Positions 1 through 9,770 of a DNA stretch of 64,000 nt are shown here, in pieces. The position numbers and the translations under genes are program-made. Source of the stretch: a virus; the IMG/VR virus record IMGVR_UViG_3300044959_000131, positions 96,001 to 160,000 of that record; one strand, written 5' to 3'. Position 1 is the stretch's first letter, and each line of letters begins with the position of its first letter. The notes under the pieces are model-generated. The model worked only from the letters and a program-made list of their open reading frames with translations. It was not told the DNA's origin and searched no databases.

Positions 1-1575
1 AAGAATCTCGGAAATGAGTATTCCTTCAAGATGGGATTCTCTTTCGGACTCAAGGACCTCGAAACAATCCCTCAAAGGGACGTAATACTCAAGGGCGCAC
101 ACAGAGAGGCCGAGGCTGCAAGACGCTCAATTAAAGATAAGGATGCGCTGAACACCAAGCTCATCGACATCTATCAAAAGGCGACAGCTAAACTTGAGGA
201 GGCCGTAAAGAATACACCGTCCGATAATCGCCTCGCGACGATGGTTACCTCAGGAGCTCGCGGTAAGCTAGAACAGCTACGACAAATGATTGCTGCTCCG
301 ATGTTGGTTCAGGATTCCCAGAACAACATCATCCCAACACCTATTACTAAGAGCTACGCAGAGGGTCTGGACATTGGTGACTACTGGCTCGCCCAGCACG
401 GTGCGAGAAAAGGAACTCTTCAGAGAGTACTTGGAACTTCAGAGCCTGGGGTCGTCTCAAAGGACATCATGAATACAACGATGTCCACTCTCATCGTCTC
501 ACCCGATTGCAAGACGAATCATGGCCTGCTGATGGATGTTACTCACAAGGATATCGTAGATCGATTCACTGCGAAGCCCTACAAGTTGAAGGATGGAACG
601 ATCATCAAGGCAGGAACACTTCTAACTCCAGAGATTCTGAACCGACTCAAGAACTCAAAAATTGACAAGGTCCTGGTTCGAAGCCCTCTTAAATGCAATC
701 ACGGAGATGGAATCTGCGCGAAGTGTTTTGGGTTGAACGAGTCTGGAAAGCTGCACGACGTCGGCACAAATATTGGCGTGCTCGCTGGTCAAGCTCTGTC
801 AGAACCAGCCGTCCAAATGGCGATGGACGCATTCCACACTGGCGGAGTCGCAACGGGTCGTGGATCTCTGTCCGTAGATAGGCTCACTAGACTTGGAGAT
901 ACCTTGAGAATGCCGAAGAAGTTGAAGAACTCGGCCACCCTAGCTCGTGTAAGCGGAAAAGTTACGGACATCAAAAAGGATGCCGTCGGAGGTGTCGACA
1001 TCTTCATTGGTGGAGAGAGGCACTACGTTCCAAAGCATCTCGTGTCTCCAGACATCAAGATTGGAACCGAGGTGAAGAAGGGCATGCCAATATCAAAGGG
1101 GTTTATCAACCCTCACCACCTCCTTCCACTGACAGACATCCATACCGTTAGAAACTTTCTCACAGACGAGATGTACAGCGGACTGTATGAGAAAGAAGGT
1201 GTTAGAAAGAGAAACGTCGAAGTAGTGGTACGTGCTCTTACCAATCTCACGAAGATAAAGGATCCAGGTTCGAGCACATTCATACACGGAGATGTGGCCC
1301 CTACCTCTATCGTTGAGGAGTTCAACCGTAACCTGCCAAAGGGAAAGAAGCCAATTGTTCATGAGCCCATGCTGAGAAGCATTGAACAGGTCCCATTGAT
1401 CGGTTCTACAGACTGGATGGCTCGATTGAACTACCGAGAGCTGCACAACACAATACAGCAAGCAGCGGCTCAGTCTTGGAAGTCCGATATCCACGGCAGA
1501 CATCCAATTCCGGGTCTGGCGTTTGGTGCTGAGTTTGGGAAGCCGCCGCCCGGCAAGCCGAAGGGTGCCTACTGA
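1..1575 (+). CDS. rpoC: Phage multisubunit RNA polymerase beta'-like subunit, C-terminal part (5' truncated by window edge)
   Basis: The frame is open from base 1. It contains SGARG...Q, the bridge helix HGARKG, the Zn site RSPLKC...GICAKCFG and the trigger loop IGVLAGQALSEPAVQMAMDAFHTGG, all matching the bacterial beta' layout. The stop codon overlaps the next start (TGATG). Confidence 0.93.
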   Translation, partial: KNLGNEYSFKMGFSFGLKDLETIPQRDVILKGAHREAEAARRSIKDKDALNTKLIDIYQKATAKLEEAVKNTPSDNRLATMVTSGARGKLEQLRQMIAAPMLVQDSQNNIIPTPITKSYAEGLDIGDYWLAQHGARKGTLQRVLGTSEPGVVSKDIMNTTMSTLIVSPDCKTNHGLLMDVTHKDIVDRFTAKPYKLKDGTIIKAGTLLTPEILNRLKNSKIDKVLVRSPLKCNHGDGICAKCFGLNESGKLHDVGTNIGVLAGQALSEPAVQMAMDAFHTGGVATGRGSLSVDRLTRLGDTLRMPKKLKNSATLARVSGKVTDIKKDAVGGVDIFIGGERHYVPKHLVSPDIKIGTEVKKGMPISKGFINPHHLLPLTDIHTVRNFLTDEMYSGLYEKEGVRKRNVEVVVRALTNLTKIKDPGSSTFIHGDVAPTSIVEEFNRNLPKGKKPIVHEPMLRSIEQVPLIGSTDWMARLNYRELHNTIQQAAAQSWKSDIHGRHPIPGLAFGAEFGKPPPGKPKGAY

Positions 1576-2657
1576 TGGCCGTTACACATCAAGGATTAGT
1601 TGGTGCTTACGTCGAGTCTGGAAGAGTTCTGGACGTCGACATCAGCAACTACACCCTGACGGTGACTACGCAGTACTCCAAGAAACCACAGACTGGAATA
1701 ACTTGGTCGAGCCCCTATCTCCACTTTGCAAACGGAGAGGGTGTGTACATCATGCCAGAGGTCGGAAGCCTCTGCTGGATTTGTTTCCCATCCGACGGAA
1801 ACAGACCATTCGTTCTTGGATGGGCGCCAGCTGGGGACGAAGGCGACTACCGCTCACGTAGACAGTCCCTGAATCCCGGGGACATCTATCTTGGAACCCG
1901 GGACGAGAACTTCATGATTCTAAGACGGGGAGGAATCGTTCAGATCGGCGGAGGACCTCTCTGTCAGAGAATGTTTCTGCCGGTGAATAACACGATCAGG
2001 GATTTCTGCGAGAACTACGCTCTCAAAACAATTGGTGGAGACCTTACTTGGACTGTCGAGAGGACCGAGAACAGTACAGACGGAAAGAGACCAGCTGTCT
2101 TATCTCTTCTAGCTCGTGAAATGGCAAATGACGCCAAACCCATTGCAGAGCTTCTCATTGGTTCCCACGGAAGTGGAGACAAGACTATCATCAGCCTGAA
2201 AATCAAGGAGTCTGGAGAGGATGGGGCAGCCACCAACATCGAGCTAAGGCTCGATAAGGACGGGAACGTGAAATGGGAAGTGAGGAAGGATGTTCAGTGG
2301 GAAGTCGACGGAAAGTACTCGATTCGGGCGAAGCAGGACGTCCTTTTCAAGAGCGACACCAAGGTCTCGATCGAAGGCGGCTCTACAATAGAAGTAACTG
2401 GTTCTTCTGGAGTAACAATCAGAGCATCGACAGGGATTGTAGAGATCGTCGGCTCACCGCTTGTCAAGATGAATTCGAGAGTAATGGTCGGAAATGCGCC
2501 GCAACCAGTTGCTCTTGCGCCACCACTTTTGACGTGGCTGGCCACGCACATACATAACATCATCGTACCAGTTCCTGGAACCCCAACAACACCACCAGTG
2601 GTTCCACCACCGATTCCGGCAATCACATCAACAACGTTGCTCGCAAGTCCTCAGTGA
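1575..2657 (+). CDS. Baseplate central spike / puncturing protein (gpV/Gp45-like)
   Basis: N-terminal OB-fold signature (MPEVGSLCWICF), beta-helix-like middle, and C-terminal LATHIH (HxH metal apex) followed by PTTPP. Confidence 0.75.
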   Translation: MAVTHQGLVGAYVESGRVLDVDISNYTLTVTTQYSKKPQTGITWSSPYLHFANGEGVYIMPEVGSLCWICFPSDGNRPFVLGWAPAGDEGDYRSRRQSLNPGDIYLGTRDENFMILRRGGIVQIGGGPLCQRMFLPVNNTIRDFCENYALKTIGGDLTWTVERTENSTDGKRPAVLSLLAREMANDAKPIAELLIGSHGSGDKTIISLKIKESGEDGAATNIELRLDKDGNVKWEVRKDVQWEVDGKYSIRAKQDVLFKSDTKVSIEGGSTIEVTGSSGVTIRASTGIVEIVGSPLVKMNSRVMVGNAPQPVALAPPLLTWLATHIHNIIVPVPGTPTTPPVVPPPIPAITSTTLLASPQ

Positions 2658-2667
2658 GGAGAAGCAA

Positions 2668-4716
2668 ATGCGTCCACTCTTCCTCGACAAGCTACAAGAG
2701 ACCGTAAACGAGTTCCGAAAAGAGTCTGGGTACATTTACCGTCTCTCTGAGGTTCCCGATAACTGGGCTCAAGAGATCGGTAGTGAGCTTTACAAGCAGC
2801 TGCCGTTCCTCTCGGACTACGAGGTCAACGTATCTATCGATAAGAAAGACCCGGGTCGTGGCTTCGCATTCGGCTACGCCGATGTGTCAAACAAAACCGA
2901 GCGCCCAGAAGTTGAGCACGAGGAAGCTGGTATTCCACATATCAGGATTCCAATCATCGCTGAGGAGCGTCAGCTCCGTCCGTTCTCTGTGTTCCTTGAC
3001 GGGGAACGTGTTCTACCGATGACTGAAGAGCGTGTCCGTGAGGCGCTCTTCAACCCGGCAACATTCGATCTATCAAACTCGGTTCCGAGGGACCCAAGCC
3101 TCGTCGAGCCACTCATGCCTCCTCAACGCTCAGGTATCGGGTTGGGAGGCGAGTATAAGATGGCCTCTATTGCACCGAAGTTAGGGTCGATTGATTCCTC
3201 AAAAAATCTCAGGTCGTCGACTATTTCTCACGGTTCCAATAAGACAGCTTCTCTCCTTCAAGCTATCGCTCCAACGATTCGCGAGTCAGACCGCGACAGA
3301 TTCGTCGAGAAGGTCGCTTCAGACCCGACCATCAGAGCCGGCTTTCGAAGGTCTGGTATAGCGGAACTTCTTATCGATGTCATGGACACGAAGCTTGCGT
3401 CCGAGAGCGATAGACTTTCCGCCCTCGCAGATATCATCGAGCCGTCGGTTGTGACTTTACAAAAGCTTCCAGGTGGGGACTTCATTGTGAAGTCCGCGAA
3501 CGTGAATGCCTTTGTTGGTGGCGATCAAGCTGCTGGTCAAGTGGTTCCTTTCGATGAAGTCGCGGAGGCCATAGGAAGAGACGCCGCCAAGTCTCTTCAA
3601 CCTGGACAGATAGCGACAGTTGTGTCAGACCCTGTTCAGATTGATGGAGATGACGCAAACGCCGTCTCTGACGTTTCTGAATTCGGGACATACAAAGTAC
3701 AAGATTCCAACGGAAAGCAGATGGAGGGGTGGGTATTTCCAGAACTCTTGAACTGGGACAAAGATTTCACTCCCCAGAAGACACGACTCTTTCTCAATGG
3801 AAATGTGCACTCTATTCAAGATAGCATCGTTGGAGAGAGGGTCGGCTCATCGTCCCGTATTCCAGAAGACATTCCAAAAGGAGAAGGTGTATTTCGGCCT
3901 GCTGACGGTCGTGTAGCCACGGCTCCCATTACAATTCAGTACGGAACAACGAATTCACAAGGCATCCACACATACGTTGGCACTGACTCTTTTGGGAACG
4001 AGATCAGGGTATCGTTGGTGCCACACCTAAAGAAACCGCAGCGCATCTCTGACAACGAGTTTGCTTTGCCGAAGGATTGGGGCTTCACGAGACTGAATAA
4101 GAGGGTAAAGCTTGTCTCGAATGAGAACGCTTTTGGCCTCTCCAAGAAAGTCAGCAAGGAAAAGACTTCCGCCACCCTCTTCTATAACGGCTCGTTCAAC
4201 ATAACTGGCGGCTGTGGCTTGGACAAGATCTCATCCGACCTCAGATATGACCTGGATGCCGTCGGAGCCGAGTTCATCTTAGGACTACTCGGTGTCGACG
4301 GCGTGACGGCAAAGCAGAAAGTTGCAGAAGCCCGCAAAGTCGGATTCGTCAAGCTGTCCGGTCTACGAACCATCAGGACTCTTTCCGAGCGTTATCAGCA
4401 AGCAGTCAAAGAAGCTTCGGCCTTCCTGCACAAAATCCCAGACTTGAGGAGAGATCTAATCAAAGAGGCGGCCGCAATCGAGGATCAAGGAACTGTCGAT
4501 AAGGTCTTGGCGCTCAACTTCATCAATCCGGAGAACCTGTCTACGTTCATCGAATACCTGCCAGAGCTTGAGCAGACAAGCGAAAGAATGGCAGAGATGG
4601 TGTTGGCTGGTTACCTCGGGATGAAAGAAATCCCTCTTGGTGCAGTAGAACGCTCAATGCGAAACATGGAAGAAGTAATTCAAGGTCTCAAAGCAATCCA
4701 GCATTCTCACGATTGA
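2668..4716 (+). CDS. Putative virion head-associated protein with many K-x-[A/S] motifs
   Basis: 682 aa with GAGAAG RBS. Motifs include YKMAS, NKTAS, EKVAS, TKLAS, VKSAN, EKTSA, DKISS, VKEAS and IKEAA. No catalytic motif recognised. Confidence 0.6.
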   Translation: MRPLFLDKLQETVNEFRKESGYIYRLSEVPDNWAQEIGSELYKQLPFLSDYEVNVSIDKKDPGRGFAFGYADVSNKTERPEVEHEEAGIPHIRIPIIAEERQLRPFSVFLDGERVLPMTEERVREALFNPATFDLSNSVPRDPSLVEPLMPPQRSGIGLGGEYKMASIAPKLGSIDSSKNLRSSTISHGSNKTASLLQAIAPTIRESDRDRFVEKVASDPTIRAGFRRSGIAELLIDVMDTKLASESDRLSALADIIEPSVVTLQKLPGGDFIVKSANVNAFVGGDQAAGQVVPFDEVAEAIGRDAAKSLQPGQIATVVSDPVQIDGDDANAVSDVSEFGTYKVQDSNGKQMEGWVFPELLNWDKDFTPQKTRLFLNGNVHSIQDSIVGERVGSSSRIPEDIPKGEGVFRPADGRVATAPITIQYGTTNSQGIHTYVGTDSFGNEIRVSLVPHLKKPQRISDNEFALPKDWGFTRLNKRVKLVSNENAFGLSKKVSKEKTSATLFYNGSFNITGGCGLDKISSDLRYDLDAVGAEFILGLLGVDGVTAKQKVAEARKVGFVKLSGLRTIRTLSERYQQAVKEASAFLHKIPDLRRDLIKEAAAIEDQGTVDKVLALNFINPENLSTFIEYLPELEQTSERMAEMVLAGYLGMKEIPLGAVERSMRNMEEVIQGLKAIQHSHD

Positions 4717-4756
4717 CTAGGAAATAGACGTAACACAAACTTAAAGGAGAAAAACA

Positions 4757-5836
4757 ATGCTCAAGCCGAAGCACCTCACACACCTCATTCTCCCTACCGT
4801 AGGTGCTGTCGGTGGTGGACTATCCTCACATCATATAGCCAAGAAGAAGATTGAGAGTTCCCCTAAGTTTAAAAAGCAGCTCGAGTCTAGACCAGGAGGG
4901 TCCAAAAAGTACATCGCGTCGAAGACTATAAGAGGTGCTCTTGGTGGATTGGGTATTGGAGCTGGCACTGAGCTATCTCGTTCCTTGTATGGTCTACGAA
5001 AGTCTCTCATCAGAACAGCAGTTCCAAAGGCTAGAGTTACAAAGGATAGATTCGGAAAGGCGAAATCAGTCATTCCAGTTCCAGATTGGTTGAAGGGAGT
5101 AACGACAAAGGCAGAAGCTAAGAAGAAGTACCGAGAGATGGCAAAGAAGTACCACCCAGATCGTAACCCTGGTGACAAGAGTGCCGAAGAGAGGTTCAAG
5201 GATATTGCGAGTCAGTGGAAGAGTTTCACAGAGAGTGATGAATTCAAAAAGCTCGGCTCTTCTATGTACGCGATCATGAAGCACATTTCTGGTGGACCCA
5301 TCATGAAGAACATCTCTCATGGTGGTTCTAAGGGACCTACAGAAGCAGCTGCACAAGTCGCGTCTGTAGCAGCAAAGTCCAAAGAGATGAACAAACTGAA
5401 AAAGTTCTTCTGGAGAAACTTTCGCAAACGCAGGTTGAAATACTATATTGGACGTCCTCTACTCAGCGTACCAATTGCTGCATCCACAGCTGGTGGTGCC
5501 GTTTTAAAAGGTATACAATCGATCACGCCAGAGGATCGTAAGAAGAAGCGTGCACTTAAGGCTTTTGGGAAAGGCGCTATCGAAGGTGCGGCTATTGGTG
5601 GACTAGGTGGTCTTGCAATTGGAGGGGTTCTACATCAAGGTCATAGACTATTACGTCACAGCATTCGTGATTCGTATCGAAATCTGAAAAAAGCTATCAA
5701 CTTTAGGGAGAGGTATATTCAAGACATGAGAAGTAGAGGACAGAGCGTACCGACTAGTGAGCTCTCCGGCCTAGATGCTGATAAGAAACGGTTAGAACGC
5801 CTAAAGAAAATCCTCTTTCCAAAGAGTAAAGAATAA
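4757..5836 (+). CDS. J-domain (DnaJ-type, HPD) protein with glycine-zipper helices
   Basis: EAKKKYREMAKKYHPDRNPGDKSAEERFKDI, with HPD at 5153-5161. GAVGGG, GALGGLGIGAG and GAAIGGLGGLAIGG segments. AAGGAG RBS. Confidence 0.8.
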   Translation: MLKPKHLTHLILPTVGAVGGGLSSHHIAKKKIESSPKFKKQLESRPGGSKKYIASKTIRGALGGLGIGAGTELSRSLYGLRKSLIRTAVPKARVTKDRFGKAKSVIPVPDWLKGVTTKAEAKKKYREMAKKYHPDRNPGDKSAEERFKDIASQWKSFTESDEFKKLGSSMYAIMKHISGGPIMKNISHGGSKGPTEAAAQVASVAAKSKEMNKLKKFFWRNFRKRRLKYYIGRPLLSVPIAASTAGGAVLKGIQSITPEDRKKKRALKAFGKGAIEGAAIGGLGGLAIGGVLHQGHRLLRHSIRDSYRNLKKAINFRERYIQDMRSRGQSVPTSELSGLDADKKRLERLKKILFPKSKE

Positions 5837-5838
5837 GT

Positions 5839-6696
5839 ATGAAACATCCAGCCGAGACATTCATCAAGTACCTCCTCATCAAGGATAAAGATGTCACGGA
5901 TGCAGAGGTGCTTAAAACGTTGCAGGACTGGGGATTCCTCTCTCCACACGACAACTATCTTGGATTCTTGAGGCAGAAGATTTCGAATGTCCCTGCTAAC
6001 TTCGACCCTACGAACCGTTTGAGCCGAACATCAATGAACTATCTCCGCGAGCACGGGGTGTTCGAGCTCTTTTTCCCGACGGCGGCGACTCACGAGGCTT
6101 GGGACATTCTCGGCGACCCATTCAAGAGACTCCAGGTCGAGCAGGTTCTTCTTGCTCGACTCGACCGTAAATCGGTAGCAGCACGACTCAACAAGAAGTA
6201 CAACTGGCACCTCACGGCCGAAGGCCTCTCTGCATTTCACGACTTCTTCTGGAACGTGAAGTCGATGTCATGGGATGAGTGGGGACGGTTCCTATTTGGC
6301 CGATCAATGATGTACGAGAGGTACCTTGGTCTGTTACAGGCGTCCCCTCAGCTTGCGTTTTTCCATCTCAGGCTTGAGCAGACGATCGAGTCGAAGGACA
6401 TGATCAAACGTGCTCAAGAGATTGCTTACTTCACTCTCGAGGAAGTCAGTCAAAAGCCAGGAACCGGGCCGGACAAGGTGAAGGCCATCGGTGTTCTCGG
6501 AAAGACAATCGTTGAATGTCACGAAGCCCTCTCGACTTCGGACATGGCTCTCAAAGACATTCTCAAGAACTTCGAGAGATTCCGTATGGAGCACCCACAG
6601 GTACAGCCACCAGACATCAAGTCGCTTGCTCCTAGAGGCAACTTCAGTGGTAGTGGGGTTGAGGAGAAGACGAGGAATACGAATTCTGAGTCATAG
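5839..6696 (+). CDS. Hypothetical protein
   Basis: 285 aa, tightly packed in the + strand operon; no recognised motif. Confidence 0.7.
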   Translation: MKHPAETFIKYLLIKDKDVTDAEVLKTLQDWGFLSPHDNYLGFLRQKISNVPANFDPTNRLSRTSMNYLREHGVFELFFPTAATHEAWDILGDPFKRLQVEQVLLARLDRKSVAARLNKKYNWHLTAEGLSAFHDFFWNVKSMSWDEWGRFLFGRSMMYERYLGLLQASPQLAFFHLRLEQTIESKDMIKRAQEIAYFTLEEVSQKPGTGPDKVKAIGVLGKTIVECHEALSTSDMALKDILKNFERFRMEHPQVQPPDIKSLAPRGNFSGSGVEEKTRNTNSES

Positions 6697-6723
6697 TCCC
6701 ACTGTATTGAAAATGGTCGTCCT

Positions 6724-7842
6724 ATGCCTTTCAAGTCCGAAGCTCAAAGAAGAAAGTTTCACGCCATGGCGGCTCGAGGAGAAATATCCGAGAGCAAGGT
6801 CAGAGAGTGGGAACATGAGACACCGAACAAAGACAGTCTTCCTTACCGCGTGAAATCTGCAAGCCTGTTCGTGCCAACTCATATATCAGCAGGTTTGTCT
6901 TTTAAGACGATTGGTAGGTCTCATGGTAAGCACGCACTCCACTCAGCTAAGAAAAGGATGAGAAAGGCCATGAACAAAGAGTCAGGTGCTATCGAATTGA
7001 TTACACTAAACTCGTTTGTCAACGAGCTCGAGAAAATATCATCCAACTATTTTCCTTCTCCTGTTTCTGCTTCGGTATCTGCACGTAGAGCCGTTAGAGC
7101 AAGGGTTGCTGCGGCAGCTAGAGCTGCAGAGGAAAAGAGGAAAGCTTTAGAGGCTGCCTCTCGAGCCAAGTACAAAAACGCACCTGGCGACTTAGAGGTG
7201 GATAGGCTCAATAGGCGTCGTGATAGAGCCGCCGCCCGTGGAAGTACCACGAATCCGGCACCGCAACCAGCACAGAACGCTCCAAACACGAAGCCGCCAG
7301 AACCACCAAAACCAACGGCAGCTACTCAACCAGCAGCTAATAAACCAGCATCTACTCAACCAGCAGCTAATAAACCAGCATCTACTCAACCAGCAGATAC
7401 TCAATCGGCAGGTAAACAATCTGAGCCATCGACAAGCGGATCATCAATGAGCTCGGCGGCGAAATGGGGGCTAGGAGGCCTTGCAGCTGGTGTAGCAACT
7501 GGTGTAATTGGAACAAAGATGCTGGAGAAGAAATTGAAAAGAAATGATGAGTCGTCTTTAGACAAGACTTCCATGCCATTTCTCAAGCAGGACCGTCCTG
7601 CGAAGGTGAAGGAAATCTACAAGGCACTCAAGCGCGACCATCCAAACATGCCAGCAGAAGTCAAAGCTCGTATCGCGGCTCGGAAAGGCAAGAAGAGCCC
7701 AGAGTCAAGGAAACCTCCAGAGACCGGAGGTCCGGCATACAAGGCTCCTCTTCACTACGAGTACAAAGACGGTAAGTACAAGGCAGCAATGTATAGAGCC
7801 ATCCAGAACCTGAAGCGATCGCTTGGAGAGGTATACTGGTGA
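6724..7842 (+). CDS. Basic low-complexity putative head-cargo protein (MPFKSEAQRR N-terminus)
   Basis: VKSAS, NKESG, FVNELEKISS, DKTSM and YKAAM motifs; Pro/Ala/Gln linker; GLGGLAAGVATGVIG helix. Confidence 0.65.
   Translation: MPFKSEAQRRKFHAMAARGEISESKVREWEHETPNKDSLPYRVKSASLFVPTHISAGLSFKTIGRSHGKHALHSAKKRMRKAMNKESGAIELITLNSFVNELEKISSNYFPSPVSASVSARRAVRARVAAAARAAEEKRKALEAASRAKYKNAPGDLEVDRLNRRRDRAAARGSTTNPAPQPAQNAPNTKPPEPPKPTAATQPAANKPASTQPAANKPASTQPADTQSAGKQSEPSTSGSSMSSAAKWGLGGLAAGVATGVIGTKMLEKKLKRNDESSLDKTSMPFLKQDRPAKVKEIYKALKRDHPNMPAEVKARIAARKGKKSPESRKPPETGGPAYKAPLHYEYKDGKYKAAMYRAIQNLKRSLGEVYW
7322..7396 (+). repeat. 30-bp in-frame tandem repeat, 2.5 copies (TQPAANKPAS)
   Basis: ctactcaaccagcagctaataaaccagcat occurs twice, plus a partial copy. 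Confidence 0.95.
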
Positions 7843-7845
7843 AAG

Positions 7846-9276
7846 ATGTCTCTATCTGCCAGAGACTTCATCCTTCAGAAGCTGGCTGAGTACGCTCCTG
7901 GAATCCCAGACAAGGAGACTGCTCACCCTCTTCCAAAGATTGATAAGCCAACGACGTGGGAGTTTGGTCTCCACGAACACCACGCCGAGAAGAGAGGTCT
8001 GCACTACGACCTACGACTCGGTGACCCGAGAAGCGGTCATGCCCATTCCTGGGCGCTCCCAGCAAAATGGCCCGGCCCCGGAGAGCACATCTGGGCCATT
8101 CAGCAGCCGACTCATACCGTCAGGTACATGGATTTTGAGGGACATATTCCGAGCGGATACGGTGCTGGGAAGGTCGTCCTCAAGGACCGAGACAAGATCG
8201 AGGTGACGAAGGCAGAGCCTGGGTACATCTCCTTCAACATCTATCGTGGAACGGGCCCTGAGGAATACTCTCTCCGTCACATCGGAGGAAAGGTCTGGCG
8301 TTTTGTGAACAAGACTATTCATAGGGAGAAGCACCAGCATATACCTGAAAAGAAGCCGGATTACAAGGAGGTTCCTGTTTCGAAGGTTCCTATAGATGAC
8401 CCTCGCTATGTGATGTCGGCAAAGATTGATGACGCTCACAACATCTTCTACTTCCCGAAGGCTGGTGAGCAGGTAAGGGTCATATCTTACAGGAAGTCAA
8501 AACGAGCCCCAGGCGGGTTCATCGAGCATACCCACAAAGTTGATGGTATTTTTGGTAAAGAGACTCCAAAGGAACTGGCCAACACAGTTGCCAGAGGTGG
8601 TCTCTACGCAATCAATCCGAATACTGGACGTGCCACTGAGGCTAACATAATTGGCGGGATGCTTAATTCAAACGTCTGGAAGTCTCGTGAGAAGCAAAAG
8701 GATTTTGGAAAACTCGTACCTGTTCTCTATGACATAGACATCTTCAGGGGCAAGGATCTTTCAAAGGCGCCGTACAGGGAAAAGCTCATGGCTCTGAAAC
8801 AGATTCAGAGAGCCATGCCTGGTGTGTTTGAACTCCCAGATATGGCGTTCACCGTCGAGGAGAAGAAGAAGCTCCTTGAGGACATAAAGAATAAGAAGCA
8901 CCCACAGACAGAAGAGGGAGTCGTTCTGTGGAACGCCGTCAAGAGCGAGCCTCCAATAAAGGCCAAGTTCCGCACTGAAAGAGATGTCATCATCAGGGGT
9001 TTCTTTCCTGGAGAAGGACAGCACAAGGGTAAAGGAGTTGGAGGGTTTGTCTACTCGATGACGAAGGACGGACCAATTGTCGGGAGAGTCGGCACTGGTC
9101 TGTCTCACGCTCAGAGACGGGACATGTACAAGAACCCGGAGAAGTACATAGGACTCGTAGCAACTATTGGGTCTCAAGGAGAATTCAAGAGTAAAGCCCT
9201 CAGAGCACCAAGTTTTCTACGATTCCACCTTGACAAGAATCCTCAGTCTCGATTGGACCAGATTCAACTGTCGTAG
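7846..9276 (+). CDS. LigD-type 3'-phosphoesterase domain fused to ATP-dependent DNA ligase (no polymerase domain)
   Basis: PE domain: HEHHAEKRGLHYDLRL, HSWALP, PTHTVRYMDFEGHIPSGYGAG. Ligase: SAKIDD (motif I variant), LYDID, EGVVLW, IKAK, and OB fold VGRVGTGLS. Confidence 0.85.
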   Translation: MSLSARDFILQKLAEYAPGIPDKETAHPLPKIDKPTTWEFGLHEHHAEKRGLHYDLRLGDPRSGHAHSWALPAKWPGPGEHIWAIQQPTHTVRYMDFEGHIPSGYGAGKVVLKDRDKIEVTKAEPGYISFNIYRGTGPEEYSLRHIGGKVWRFVNKTIHREKHQHIPEKKPDYKEVPVSKVPIDDPRYVMSAKIDDAHNIFYFPKAGEQVRVISYRKSKRAPGGFIEHTHKVDGIFGKETPKELANTVARGGLYAINPNTGRATEANIIGGMLNSNVWKSREKQKDFGKLVPVLYDIDIFRGKDLSKAPYREKLMALKQIQRAMPGVFELPDMAFTVEEKKKLLEDIKNKKHPQTEEGVVLWNAVKSEPPIKAKFRTERDVIIRGFFPGEGQHKGKGVGGFVYSMTKDGPIVGRVGTGLSHAQRRDMYKNPEKYIGLVATIGSQGEFKSKALRAPSFLRFHLDKNPQSRLDQIQLS

Positions 9277-9297
9277 AAGAGTCTATTGGAGGCGTCC

Positions 9298-9768
9298 ATG
9301 CCGTGGATTGTGAGAGATACAAATTCGAATCGTGATTCTGCCGTCGATGGGTCGGTAGATGCGAAGTCTTTCGAGAACACAAAATCGGAGCTCTTGCCAA
9401 TTGCTCATAAAGAATCGTTGACAGGTGCGAAGACAATTCAGCCCATCGATTTTCAGCCCGTGAAAAGTCCTGGAAACTACGAGGCTGAGTTTGCAGTAAA
9501 GGGCGAGGATGTCATTTTCCATTTCTGGCCGTGGGGATATCACGAAGCAGAACGTCGGGGTGTAGCTCTTCCTCGATTCAAAAAGAACTTTGCAGAGAAA
9601 CTCAACTCTTCAATGGCCAAAACATTTGGTCAGCACCGAATACAGATTTCCGAAGACCCTGATATGGGTGCTTTCTTTGTCAAAGCCGTTGGATTCGGAA
9701 TCAATCAGTTCCACCGAGAGCTTTGCATTGAAGCATGTGAGAACCTTCACAATGAGTTTGAGGGTTAA
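9298..9768 (+). CDS. Hypothetical protein
   Basis: GGAGG RBS at 9288-9292 favours the ATG at 9298 over the TTG at 9286. Confidence 0.7.
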   Translation: MPWIVRDTNSNRDSAVDGSVDAKSFENTKSELLPIAHKESLTGAKTIQPIDFQPVKSPGNYEAEFAVKGEDVIFHFWPWGYHEAERRGVALPRFKKNFAEKLNSSMAKTFGQHRIQISEDPDMGAFFVKAVGFGINQFHRELCIEACENLHNEFEG

Positions 9769-9770
9769 GA

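Noticed and set aside
2668-6696. Portal or small terminase assignment for 2668..4716 or 5839..6696
   Set aside because: No supporting motif is recognisable by eye. Portal and tape-measure genes are probably outside the window.
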